The notes under the pieces: generated by a model
What the model was told of the DNA's origin: nothing
The model's database searches: none
Seen by the model: only the letters and a program-made list of their open reading frames with translations
Shown: one piece after another, positions 28,766 to 37,700 of the stretch
Numbering within the stretch: the first letter of the stretch is position 1
Layout of the letters: every line of letters starts with the position of its first letter
Made by a program: the position numbers and the translations under genes
From: an uncultured delta proteobacterium
GTDB taxonomy: Bacteria; Myxococcota_A; Polyangia; Polyangiales; Houyiibacteriaceae
Reading direction: 5' to 3'
NCBI GenBank assembly: GCA_963792825.1
Contig: CAWBXS010000005.1
Span: 320,407 to 384,406, forward strand
Length of the DNA stretch: 64,000 bases

Positions 28766-29713
28766 ATGGCCAAACAAGACTGGACCTTTGGAGGCACTTG
28801 GCCGTACGCGCCACGGTGGTTCGACTCCCCGGACGGTAGGATGCACTACGTCGACGAGGGCCCCCGAGCCGGAAAACCGGTGGTGATGGTTCACGGGAAT
28901 CCCACGTGGGGATATCTCTATCGGAACTTCATTCCGCCGCTCGTCGAGGCCGGTTACCGTTGTATCGTCCCCGATCACTTGGGCTTCGGCCGATCGGACA
29001 AGCCCGACGAGCCCGAGCTCTACCAAGTGCCGCGACATGCCCAGCGACTCGAGTCGCTGCTCGAATCGCTCGATCTTCACGACGCCACGCTCGTATCGCA
29101 GGACTGGGGCGGTCCGATAGGGTTCTACTGGGCAACCCGTCATCCCGAACGCATCGGCGCATTGTGTGTGCTCAACACCTTCGCTCACCGGCCCCCTGGC
29201 AAGGTCAAGCTACCGATTCCGCTACATCTCTTCCGCACTCCGGGGATCGGCGAGGCGATGGTCAAGGGTGCTCACATGTTCGTCCGCGGTTTCCTCTTCA
29301 AAGCGGGCATCATGCACAAGGACCGAATCACGCCCGAGATGCGCGCCGCCTACCTCGCACCGCATCCGAGCTATTCGTCTCGCACCTCGATTCTCGTCTT
29401 TCCGCGTGAGATCCCAGCAGGCCCGACCGGACGCGTCGCTGACTTCATGGGCGAGGTCGAGGCCGGCCTCCGCTCGTTGAAGGGCAAGCCCACGATGATC
29501 GCCTGGGCGATGAAAGACATCGCGTTCCTGCCGGAGTATCTCGATCAGCTTTGGCTTCGCGACTTTCCGAACGCCGACGTCTTGCGGCTGCCCGACGCTG
29601 GGCACTACCTCCAAGAGGACGCCTACGAGCGAATCGTACCGAGGCTTTCGGCCCATTTGGGCTCGGTGTTTGGGCCGGTGCCGCAGAAGTCCGCGACGAC
29701 CACGGCGACCTGA
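28766..29713 (+). CDS. Haloalkane dehalogenase-like alpha/beta hydrolase
   Basis: RBS GGAGG; MHYVDEG, HGNPTWGYLYR, QDWGG, GHYLQED. Confidence 0.88.
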   Translation: MAKQDWTFGGTWPYAPRWFDSPDGRMHYVDEGPRAGKPVVMVHGNPTWGYLYRNFIPPLVEAGYRCIVPDHLGFGRSDKPDEPELYQVPRHAQRLESLLESLDLHDATLVSQDWGGPIGFYWATRHPERIGALCVLNTFAHRPPGKVKLPIPLHLFRTPGIGEAMVKGAHMFVRGFLFKAGIMHKDRITPEMRAAYLAPHPSYSSRTSILVFPREIPAGPTGRVADFMGEVEAGLRSLKGKPTMIAWAMKDIAFLPEYLDQLWLRDFPNADVLRLPDAGHYLQEDAYERIVPRLSAHLGSVFGPVPQKSATTTAT

Positions 29714-29730
29714 CGCAAGGGTCGCCCGCA

Positions 29731-30489
29731 CTAGGCCACGGCAAGCGCCTTGGCGGCCTCTACTCGGGCCTCGCGCCAGAGGGCGATCGCCATCAGGACG
29801 GCGAAAAAGGCCGATGCGCCGTAGGTGCCTAGATTCAAGCCCCCGTGATCCAGGGGTTTCGTGAGCAGGTCGCCGAACGTGGCGCCAAACGGGCGCGTGA
29901 GAACGAAGGCAACCCAAAACAAGAACACACCTGAAATCTTGGTGAAGTAGTGCGCAAGCGCTGTGAGAGCCAAGAGCCCTGCGATCAGGACGGCGCTGTA
30001 CATGAAGCCGATGCCCAAATCATCGGATAGGAAGTCCCCAGCAGCAGTTCCGAGGGTGTTGGCGATCAAGAACGCAAGCCAATAGAAGAGCTCCGCGCCT
30101 GCGTTCTCGATGCGCTCGACCGACAACGATCGCTCCTTGATGTACCAGACCGCCAGCGTGACCAACAGCAGCCCGGTCAGCAACGCCGACCCGGCGGCAT
30201 AACCCAAGGCCAAGGTTCGATCGAGGAAGTCGGAAATGACCGTGCCCAGGATCGCCGACGCCGTGAACACGGCCCAATACGACAGCGGGGTATAGCGTCC
30301 AAGCGCCAGTTTGACGCCGAGCAGGACCAAGAAGACAGCCAGGAAAGCGAGAATCGCATGTCCATACCCGAGGCCGAGGCTCATGGAGAACATGTCGGCC
30401 CCGGTTTCACCGAGCGTCGTGGACGCAATCTTGATGATCCAGTAGGCGAGGAGGATATGGGGAACGCGGTTGGTAGCTGCTCGCGGCAT
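29731..30489 (-). CDS. COG4705/DUF347-type membrane protein
   Basis: YWIIKI.STTLGETGAD, NTLGTAAGD, FVLTRPFGATFGD. Confidence 0.88.
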   Translation of the reverse strand: MPRAATNRVPHILLAYWIIKIASTTLGETGADMFSMSLGLGYGHAILAFLAVFLVLLGVKLALGRYTPLSYWAVFTASAILGTVISDFLDRTLALGYAAGSALLTGLLLVTLAVWYIKERSLSVERIENAGAELFYWLAFLIANTLGTAAGDFLSDDLGIGFMYSAVLIAGLLALTALAHYFTKISGVFLFWVAFVLTRPFGATFGDLLTKPLDHGGLNLGTYGASAFFAVLMAIALWREARVEAAKALAVA

Positions 30490-30522
30490 GATGCTCCTCG
30501 AAGAGTTGTGGATCGGCTCAGG

Positions 30523-31455
30523 TCACCGTCGTGCCAAGATGACCTGAGAGAGGCCCTCCAGACGCTGGGCCAGAAAACGCTCCGACGGGCCGTAGGCGTG
30601 CGCTCGACTCTGGATCGCCTGCAGGTATGGTGCGACGTATTTTCGCCGTTTGTACTCCTGACTGCGAACGAGGTCGTGCAGCGCCTCGATGGTCTCTGCG
30701 CTCATCAGGCGACCGGTGGCAATGTGCATCCGAAACACCCAGTCGATCCATTGCGGCTCCCGGAGCCCCTTTGCGAGCCCGAGCGCGTGCTCGATTGCAT
30801 TGGCGAACACTTTGTCAGGGTCGTCCTCTTTGGAGCTGTGCAGAGGCTGCTGGCGCAACGCGCGCTCGAGCAGCCCATGTAAGTGCGGGAGCAACATGCG
30901 CTCGGCCTCCTCGTATCGACCCATGACGATGGCCTTTGCCGCAATGCCTCCGATGACGTCGCGAGTCTTGGCTGTGCAAGTGTCCTCGGGGTCGTCCCAG
31001 GTAGCCGGGGCAGCCGAGCTGCGCGGGTGCGAATCCTTGACTGTTGCGCCAGCGTTGGAGTCGAGCCGCTTGCCACACTCCCCGCAATGACGCCTGCCCG
31101 ATCCGTTCACAGCTCCACAGGCGACGCATAGGACATGCGGAGCGGTCTCCTGCTGATCCGTCATCTTGGCCGCATCGATGAGCACGAGCTCCTGAGAGCC
31201 AATGTAGACGCGATCCATGTGCGTCAAGCGGCATCGATTCTCGACGACCGCGCCGTTCACCACGGTACCGTTGCGGCTCTTCAGGTCTTCGAGGAACACC
31301 GCAGTCGGCCCAACGTGAAGCACGGCATGTCTGCGAGAAGCCAGGTCATCCGTAATGGAGAGACTGCACTTCGAGCTACGGCCGATGGAAAACTCCCCAA
31401 GTGGCAGCTCGAGATGGGTCGCCTGATATCGAAGTCGAAAACGCGGCACCTTCAT
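30523..31455 (-). CDS. FHA domain protein with zinc ribbon
   Basis: IGRS..C, ASRRHA, DLKSRNGT; CVACG...CGECG. Start approximate. Confidence 0.85.
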   Translation of the reverse strand: MKVPRFRLRYQATHLELPLGEFSIGRSSKCSLSITDDLASRRHAVLHVGPTAVFLEDLKSRNGTVVNGAVVENRCRLTHMDRVYIGSQELVLIDAAKMTDQQETAPHVLCVACGAVNGSGRRHCGECGKRLDSNAGATVKDSHPRSSAAPATWDDPEDTCTAKTRDVIGGIAAKAIVMGRYEEAERMLLPHLHGLLERALRQQPLHSSKEDDPDKVFANAIEHALGLAKGLREPQWIDWVFRMHIATGRLMSAETIEALHDLVRSQEYKRRKYVAPYLQAIQSRAHAYGPSERFLAQRLEGLSQVILARR

Positions 31456-31544
31456 CAAGTTAGCAGTCAGAACAACCAGTGACCTCTCAGGTTTCGAGTC
31501 CGCTCGCGAATACATTTGGCGGATGAACACCCGAGCAGTGGCGT

Positions 31545-33173
31545 TCATTCCGTCGGGCACGCCGCGTCGGTCGTTAGTCTCACGTGATCGACGAAAGCCT
31601 GCTCCTCCGGGAACGCGACGCCACAGGGGCCGCTTCGCTGCATGGTGAAAACGAGCTCGTGGGGTTTCGTCGCGAGCGCAGGGGCCAGACACACCGTCTC
31701 TTCGACGAAGCCCGCGGCTCCTTCAGACAGTGGCCCATTTCCCGGTCGCGACTCGAGCGACGTCTCGGGATTGTTGCCGGCGCGGTAGAAGTACTTCAGC
31801 GCGGGGCCGCCGTTTTCATCGGGCTCGGGGACCACCATCGTGGCGCGGGCTGAAAGGAACGCGCACTGCTCTTGGGCGGTGAAACGCAACGCGGCGCTGC
31901 CGTTTTGGGCAACGCCAGTCACGACTCCGATGGTGCCTCGCGGACCACCCCCACTCAGGCGCCAACTGCTCTCCCCGTTCACCCCGAGCTCGAAGTCACC
32001 ATCCAGGATGAACGGGTCGTTGCCGCACTTGGCCTCGGAGACGATCTCCACCGAGTCGATTACGAAATCACGCACATCGGGGTCTCCGCACATACCGCTG
32101 GTGACCGGAATGCTGAACGTGATCGAACGCGCGAGGCCTCGGGTGTGCGGAGGCAAGCACGCCGAGGTCACCGTTCCCTCGCCGCTCGCGCTGAGCTCCG
32201 CGACGAAGGCATCCGCCACCAGCACCTGCAGAGAGCGGCCCGCCGTGCCGCTCCAGTAGAAGCGCACGGCCTGGCTTGGCATCGTCGATGGAAGGGGCAG
32301 TGAGAGGGTACCGGTCATTGCAGCAGTGCTGCAAAGGGTTTCCGTTCGAAGCCGGGCAGCGCGCGTACCACCTTGTCCAACCCCGTCCTGCACCGAGGCA
32401 CCGCCGAGCGGGGTCCAGGAAGTGCCCTCCCCTTCGAAGTCTCCATCGATCACGACGCCCGGCATGGGACAGTCGAGCCCGGCCTCTTCGGCGCGAACGA
32501 TCTCGAACCGATCCACGATGAGCTGGTCGGAGCTGTCCGAGCTCGGGCAAAAGCTGCTGTTTCCATCGATCCAAAGCCGTACTTCGCCGCCGAAGCCGGC
32601 CTCGCCGAGACAGCTCACCTGGGTGAAGAACGCATCGCGCCTCGGGAAACGCGCCCAGTATCCGTTGATCCCGACTTGGGGGCGCGCCTCGAAGACCGTG
32701 TTCTGGCCGCGGTAGGTGATCGCAAAAGCCAGCGGCTCGGCTCTCTCCAAGGGTGGCATTGCAAATGTCTGGGAAACGCGCGAGCTGTCGCACATCGCGT
32801 CGCCAGACCAATGTGCCTCGCCCGGATCGTCGCTTCCCGCCGCCCCCGGATCGACAACCGCACCGCCTGACGTGGCCCAGGGCCCGGTGTCGTCGAAACC
32901 GGGCGCCAAGGGCGCGCCTGCGAACTGGCATCCGCCTCCGAGATCCTGATAGGCCGGCGCACAAGCGCAGACTCGTCCGAGGTCGGGAGATGACTCGCAC
33001 ACCTCATGCAATCCGCAGTCGCCGTCGGTGTTGCATTCGCACTCGATCGTGTCGCAGAGGTCGGCATCTGGCATTGCTCCGGCATCATCGATGCCGCCAT
33101 CACCCTCCACCGCCGTGCTGTTTCCACATCCGATGAGCAAGAACATCGAACCCATGAGGCAAGCTCTCGTCAT
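31545..33173 (-). CDS. Lipoprotein with EGF-like region and about three beta-sandwich (CBM-like) repeats
   Basis: RBS GGAGG, lipobox LIGC, Cys-rich segment, repeated DGDFE...W...(V/I)D motifs. Confidence 0.75.
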   Translation of the reverse strand: MTRACLMGSMFLLIGCGNSTAVEGDGGIDDAGAMPDADLCDTIECECNTDGDCGLHEVCESSPDLGRVCACAPAYQDLGGGCQFAGAPLAPGFDDTGPWATSGGAVVDPGAAGSDDPGEAHWSGDAMCDSSRVSQTFAMPPLERAEPLAFAITYRGQNTVFEARPQVGINGYWARFPRRDAFFTQVSCLGEAGFGGEVRLWIDGNSSFCPSSDSSDQLIVDRFEIVRAEEAGLDCPMPGVVIDGDFEGEGTSWTPLGGASVQDGVGQGGTRAARLRTETLCSTAAMTGTLSLPLPSTMPSQAVRFYWSGTAGRSLQVLVADAFVAELSASGEGTVTSACLPPHTRGLARSITFSIPVTSGMCGDPDVRDFVIDSVEIVSEAKCGNDPFILDGDFELGVNGESSWRLSGGGPRGTIGVVTGVAQNGSAALRFTAQEQCAFLSARATMVVPEPDENGGPALKYFYRAGNNPETSLESRPGNGPLSEGAAGFVEETVCLAPALATKPHELVFTMQRSGPCGVAFPEEQAFVDHVRLTTDAACPTE

Positions 33174-33426
33174 CGGCGTAGTCCTCCGCCGAGAGTACAC
33201 GAACGGCGATCGAACACTAACGGGCAAGAGGGCAATGCCACTCGAAAGGAAAGAATTCGTAGGAGCGTCGTCGCCGGAAATGTATGGCCGATCACGAATA
33301 CCGGCTCGGAGTGGCGCTCGCGGCGAAATCTTCGCCTTTCGCGATGTATTCGTTCATTTCCAAGAGGAATGTCGACATGAGGCCTCGATGCACCTAGTTT
33401 AAGCACTGAGGGGAGTCGAAGCTGCG

Positions 33427-35007
33427 TTGAGCACGGCGGCACGCCACATATCGATCGCCATGTTGGTGGGGTGGCTGATCGCCTGCGGGAACGGCGCCGC
33501 ACCTCCACCTGGGGTCGGAGGCACTTCGGACTGGGAGCTCGGCGTATTCGAGCCCGCCGCGAGCTTTCAAGCTCTTTGTGAGCAACCCCGGACCGGCACC
33601 AATCCGGCGACGAACCGGCCATACCCTGACGTCCAAGGTACGACGACCGATGAGAACAACTTCCTCCGCTCTTACAGCAACGACACCTACCTTTGGTACG
33701 ACGAGATCCTCGATCAGAACCCGGCCCTCTTCCCTAGCCCGATTCAATACTTCGACGTGTTGAAGACCAACGCGCTCACACCCTCCGGCCAACCGAGAGA
33801 CAAGTTCCACTTCACCGTGGACTCGGAGGAGTGGTTCAGCCTTTCCCAGTCCGGCGTCTCCGTGGGTTACGGGGCGCAATGGATCTTTCTCTCCGCACTC
33901 CCCCCGCGCGAGGTGCTCGTCGCCTACACCGAGCCGAGCTCACCTGCGACGGACCCTCAAGTCGCCTTGGTGCGCGGGGCCAAGGTCCTCGCTGCGGACG
34001 GCGTCGATGTCGACACGGTCACCCAAACGGGGGTGAATGCCTTGAATGCCGCTTTGTTCCCTTCCGTCGTCGGCGAAACCCACACGTTCACGGTCCAAGA
34101 CCCGGGTTCGGAGAGCAGCCGCTCGATCTCGATGACCTCGGCGGCGGTCGAATCGAGCCCCGTCCAGAACGTGCATGTCGTCGAGACGCCGACGGGGCGC
34201 GTCGGCTACGTGCTCTTCAACGACCACATCGCCACCGCTGAGGTCGCGCTCATCGACGCCGTGAATTTGCTCAATGCGGGCGAAGGCATCGACGACTTGG
34301 TGATCGACATTCGATACAACGGTGGTGGTTTCCTGGATCTCGCAAGTGAGCTTGCATACATGATCGCCGGGCCAAGTACCACGGCGCAGCGCACCTTCGA
34401 GCTCACCGAGTTCAACGACAAGCATCCGGTCAAGGACCCGATCAGCGGCCGAACCATATCGCCGACGCCTTTCTACGACACGACGCTCGGCCCACCCTTC
34501 AGCGCGCCGGCCGACCAGCCGCTGCCGACACTGAACCTGCCTCGAGTCTTCGTCCTCACCGGTTCGTCGACGTGCTCGGCCAGTGAAGCCATCATGAACG
34601 GCCTGCGGGGTGTCGATGTCGAGGTCATTCAGATCGGCTCCACCACCTGTGGCAAGCCGTACGGATTCTACCCGACAGACAACTGCGGCACGACGTACTT
34701 CACGATCCAGTTCAGAGGGGTGAACGACAAAGGCTTCGGAGATTACAGCGATGGATTCTCGCCCGCCAATGCGGAGGCCCCGGCGGGTGTCCTCCTCCCG
34801 GGATGTACCGTCGCGGATGACTTCACCGCAGAGCTTGGCGATGACAACGAGCCGCGCCTCGCGGCTGCGCTGACGTATCGCGACACCCAGACCTGCCCCG
34901 AGGCACCTGCGCTCGCAGCGGGCGCGCAGGCAAAATCGGCCGCAAAGCAATACGACGGCATCCTGCCGAAGTCGCCGTGGCTGACGAATCGGATCATGTT
35001 GCCGTGA
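33427..35007 (+). CDS. S41 family peptidase lipoprotein
   Basis: YLWY, GYVLFNDH, DLVIDIRYNGGG, TCSASE, TCGKPYGF. Confidence 0.9.
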   Translation: MSTAARHISIAMLVGWLIACGNGAAPPPGVGGTSDWELGVFEPAASFQALCEQPRTGTNPATNRPYPDVQGTTTDENNFLRSYSNDTYLWYDEILDQNPALFPSPIQYFDVLKTNALTPSGQPRDKFHFTVDSEEWFSLSQSGVSVGYGAQWIFLSALPPREVLVAYTEPSSPATDPQVALVRGAKVLAADGVDVDTVTQTGVNALNAALFPSVVGETHTFTVQDPGSESSRSISMTSAAVESSPVQNVHVVETPTGRVGYVLFNDHIATAEVALIDAVNLLNAGEGIDDLVIDIRYNGGGFLDLASELAYMIAGPSTTAQRTFELTEFNDKHPVKDPISGRTISPTPFYDTTLGPPFSAPADQPLPTLNLPRVFVLTGSSTCSASEAIMNGLRGVDVEVIQIGSTTCGKPYGFYPTDNCGTTYFTIQFRGVNDKGFGDYSDGFSPANAEAPAGVLLPGCTVADDFTAELGDDNEPRLAAALTYRDTQTCPEAPALAAGAQAKSAAKQYDGILPKSPWLTNRIMLP

Positions 35008-35387
35008 CCGGCCGGACGATGACGAAGCTCTTGCTGCTCGCGGCGCTCGGAGTCGTCGCCGCCTGCTGCAAGACCGTTGCGACGGAACACGACAAGGCAG
35101 CGCGCATCATCGATGCCGACGATGCAAGCCGTGCGGCACTTCAGCGAGCCGTCGATGGTGCGCTGAAGACCCATGTCACGCTCGCAGACGACGCCTTGAC
35201 CGAGAGCAGTCTGCTAATCATCGAGCGGAGCCCACCACGCAACATCCAGGGCCTGCCTTCCCAAGGCCGCAACATGGACGTCCCCATCCAGTTTCGCTTG
35301 GTGATCAACGGCGACGACTGTGTGTTGATCGACCAGCGCGACCGGTCGCGGCACGAGCTCGAAGACACCCGGTGCGAAGCCGAATAG
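35004..35387 (+). CDS. Small hypothetical lipoprotein
   Basis: GTGA overlap with S41 stop (alternative ATG 35019); lipobox VAAC. Confidence 0.7.
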   Translation: MTGRTMTKLLLLAALGVVAACCKTVATEHDKAARIIDADDASRAALQRAVDGALKTHVTLADDALTESSLLIIERSPPRNIQGLPSQGRNMDVPIQFRLVINGDDCVLIDQRDRSRHELEDTRCEAE

Positions 35388-35503
35388 CTTCTCCACGCCG
35401 CTACCGAGGCGGACGAAACGGGCTACTCGTCATCACCGGGCCGCGTGCGGTCGAGACCGGGTAAGCTCGCCCCGGCCGGGGGGATGCGCTAGCGTAGGCG
35501 CCG

Positions 35504-36445
35504 ATGGCTCTCCCACCTCGAGCTCCGAAACCTTTGCGTGTGCCGTCGTGGTACGAAGAGCATCTCAGCGGCCCGTTGCTGCCCATCATCGCGACCGCCG
35601 CCGCCGGTCTCCTGGTTGGTTCGTACACGCTGGGTCTGATCTCGGAGCGGGTCGCCGCGTTGCTGTTCGCACTCGTCTTTCTCGGCGCGTGCTGCTTCTA
35701 TGCAGTGAAGTCGTTTTCCGAGTCCGCTCCCCGCGGCTGGGAAGTCGGCGTCGCCGTCACGCTCGGCCTCGCCACCCTGGCTTTGACTTTCGTGCCAGTC
35801 GTCACTGCGCTCCTGCCCGGGTCGCCCGTCGTTCAAGGCACGCTTGCAGCACCCGGGGACTCCATCCTCGTTCCGGAGTCGGGGCGCGGGGCAGTTCGGA
35901 TCTTGGTGCACGGGGTCCCCGCTGGTCATGCAGCGGCGCATGTCCAGGCGACCTTGCAAGTCGGAGACCAGCGTTTCGACGCCCACGTCGAACGGGACCT
36001 CACCCAGCGAAGGGTCGGGCGGCGCGGTCGTGCCACCGTTGCGATGGAAAGCGATAGTGAATACGTGTCCGTGCGCATCCCCTCGACGGTCGACCGGATC
36101 GTGCTCGACAGCATCAGGGGTGACCTTGATGGGCCGTTGAAGATCAGTGTCTTCGTCGAGCGGATTCCGCTGCGCGCGGAGCTTTGGGCAGCCGGCGTGT
36201 TGCTCGTGCTGGCGGCGCTGATCGACGTCGCATTTCGAGGAAGCGGGGTCGGCGTCGGAGCCACCGCATGTGCGCTCGTCTTCGGCCTCGTCGTATCGCG
36301 CGTTGCGACCCCGGATGTGGCGGTTCGACAGGAGATCGGGGCACTCTTCGTGGCGCTGCTCGGGGGCGGCCTCGGAGGCCTGGTGCTGTCCGCCGTTCTC
36401 AGAAAGACGGTTCAAAGCGTCGGCAAGCTACGCGCCACTCGGTAG
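35504..36445 (+). CDS. Hypothetical multi-pass membrane protein
   Basis: Three hydrophobic segments, a soluble beta-rich middle, three more hydrophobic segments. Confidence 0.7.
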   Translation: MALPPRAPKPLRVPSWYEEHLSGPLLPIIATAAAGLLVGSYTLGLISERVAALLFALVFLGACCFYAVKSFSESAPRGWEVGVAVTLGLATLALTFVPVVTALLPGSPVVQGTLAAPGDSILVPESGRGAVRILVHGVPAGHAAAHVQATLQVGDQRFDAHVERDLTQRRVGRRGRATVAMESDSEYVSVRIPSTVDRIVLDSIRGDLDGPLKISVFVERIPLRAELWAAGVLLVLAALIDVAFRGSGVGVGATACALVFGLVVSRVATPDVAVRQEIGALFVALLGGGLGGLVLSAVLRKTVQSVGKLRATR

Positions 36446-36624
36446 CGCGTCCTTCGGGGCGCTCCACCGGTTTCTGCGCCACTTAATTTTTTGGAAAGCC
36501 TGGTGACGACGCCGGAGCGCTCGAGCCGGAGCGAGTCCATCCAGACCGCGAGGATTGTACCTCCAGGGGAAAGTGGACGGCAGGTCTTTTCTACTGCTCC
36601 CCAATGTGGTTTAGTTGGGTCGAG

Positions 36625-37686
36625 ATGCGAACTTGGTTGGCCTTCATTGCGGTTGGTGCTGGCCTGGCTTGCCTGGCCGGCTGCGACCGGGTGGGTGAGC
36701 CCTGTGAGACGGCCGGCTCCACGGGAGAGTGTGCGTCGGGGCTCATCTGCACTTTCACGGGCCGCCCCGAGCCACTCAACCCTGGCGACCTCGTGACACC
36801 GAGTCAAGTCTGCCTTCGGCTGTGCGACACGGCAACGGACTGCGGCGACGGCGAGAAGTGCCAGCTCGTCACCTGCTCCAACCAAAAGAGTTGCCAGACC
36901 AATCCCATACCGGACGCAACGGGCGACCTTTGTATGGGCGGGACCGGCGGCACGGGAGGCATGGGCGGCACCGCTGGCATGGGCGGAACAGGAGGCATGG
37001 GCGGGGCAGGAGGCGCCGGCGGGACAGGAGGCACGGGCGGCAGCTCAGCCTGTGACAGCGAAGCCAGGGCGTACATCCAGACGTTGGATCCCAACGCCGG
37101 CTTCAGCCGGACCAACAACGTAGTCTTCGATACGACGGATCTCCCAGACACTTGGGATCGCTATTCGATCTCTTTGGATCTGACCGACCCCCTGCTCGAG
37201 GGTCAGCTCCTTCAATTTGGCTTTTCCGCCACGGCTTCGAACTTCGAGCCGTCCGGGGTGTTCTATGACAACGTTTCGATCGATCCCGCTGCGCAGTACA
37301 CGCAGAACTTCGAGTCCCTCGATCAGGCAGCCTCGGATGCGCTGAGCAATGATCCCGACCCGCTCTGGGGCGGAGGATGGATTGTCTTTGGCAATGCCTT
37401 CGAGGCGGATGGTGCCACTCTGGCCTATCCCTATGGTCCCTTCCCCGCACCGAACAACACGGGGGGCTTTTCGGGTATCGCTTTGCTTCAAGGTGGGGTC
37501 GACCAGGGCGATCAGGTGTTGGTCATCATCAGCGACTACAACAACCAGGACCAATCTCTCGGGCTCCGAATCGAGGCAAACACGTTCCGCGAACGCACGA
37601 TTACGGCGGCCGACATCGGCGATACCATCACCTTCAGCTTCGACGCCAAACGCGGAAACATCAACGAAGGCTGTCCCGCTCCCTGA
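36625..37686 (+). CDS. Lipoprotein: Cys-rich region, Gly linker, circularly permuted copy of the locus-specific domain
   Basis: Lipobox LAGC; domain halves in reverse order relative to 41234-42067. Confidence 0.85.
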   Translation: MRTWLAFIAVGAGLACLAGCDRVGEPCETAGSTGECASGLICTFTGRPEPLNPGDLVTPSQVCLRLCDTATDCGDGEKCQLVTCSNQKSCQTNPIPDATGDLCMGGTGGTGGMGGTAGMGGTGGMGGAGGAGGTGGTGGSSACDSEARAYIQTLDPNAGFSRTNNVVFDTTDLPDTWDRYSISLDLTDPLLEGQLLQFGFSATASNFEPSGVFYDNVSIDPAAQYTQNFESLDQAASDALSNDPDPLWGGGWIVFGNAFEADGATLAYPYGPFPAPNNTGGFSGIALLQGGVDQGDQVLVIISDYNNQDQSLGLRIEANTFRERTITAADIGDTITFSFDAKRGNINEGCPAP

Positions 37687-37700
37687 GGGACGTCGCGGAC

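Noticed and set aside
27157-28839. 560-aa + strand ORF
   Set aside because: Antisense shadow of the FMO gene.
28766-29713. OleB beta-lactone decarboxylase assignment
   Set aside because: No oleA/C/D neighbours; the motifs fit generic haloalkane dehalogenase-like hydrolases.
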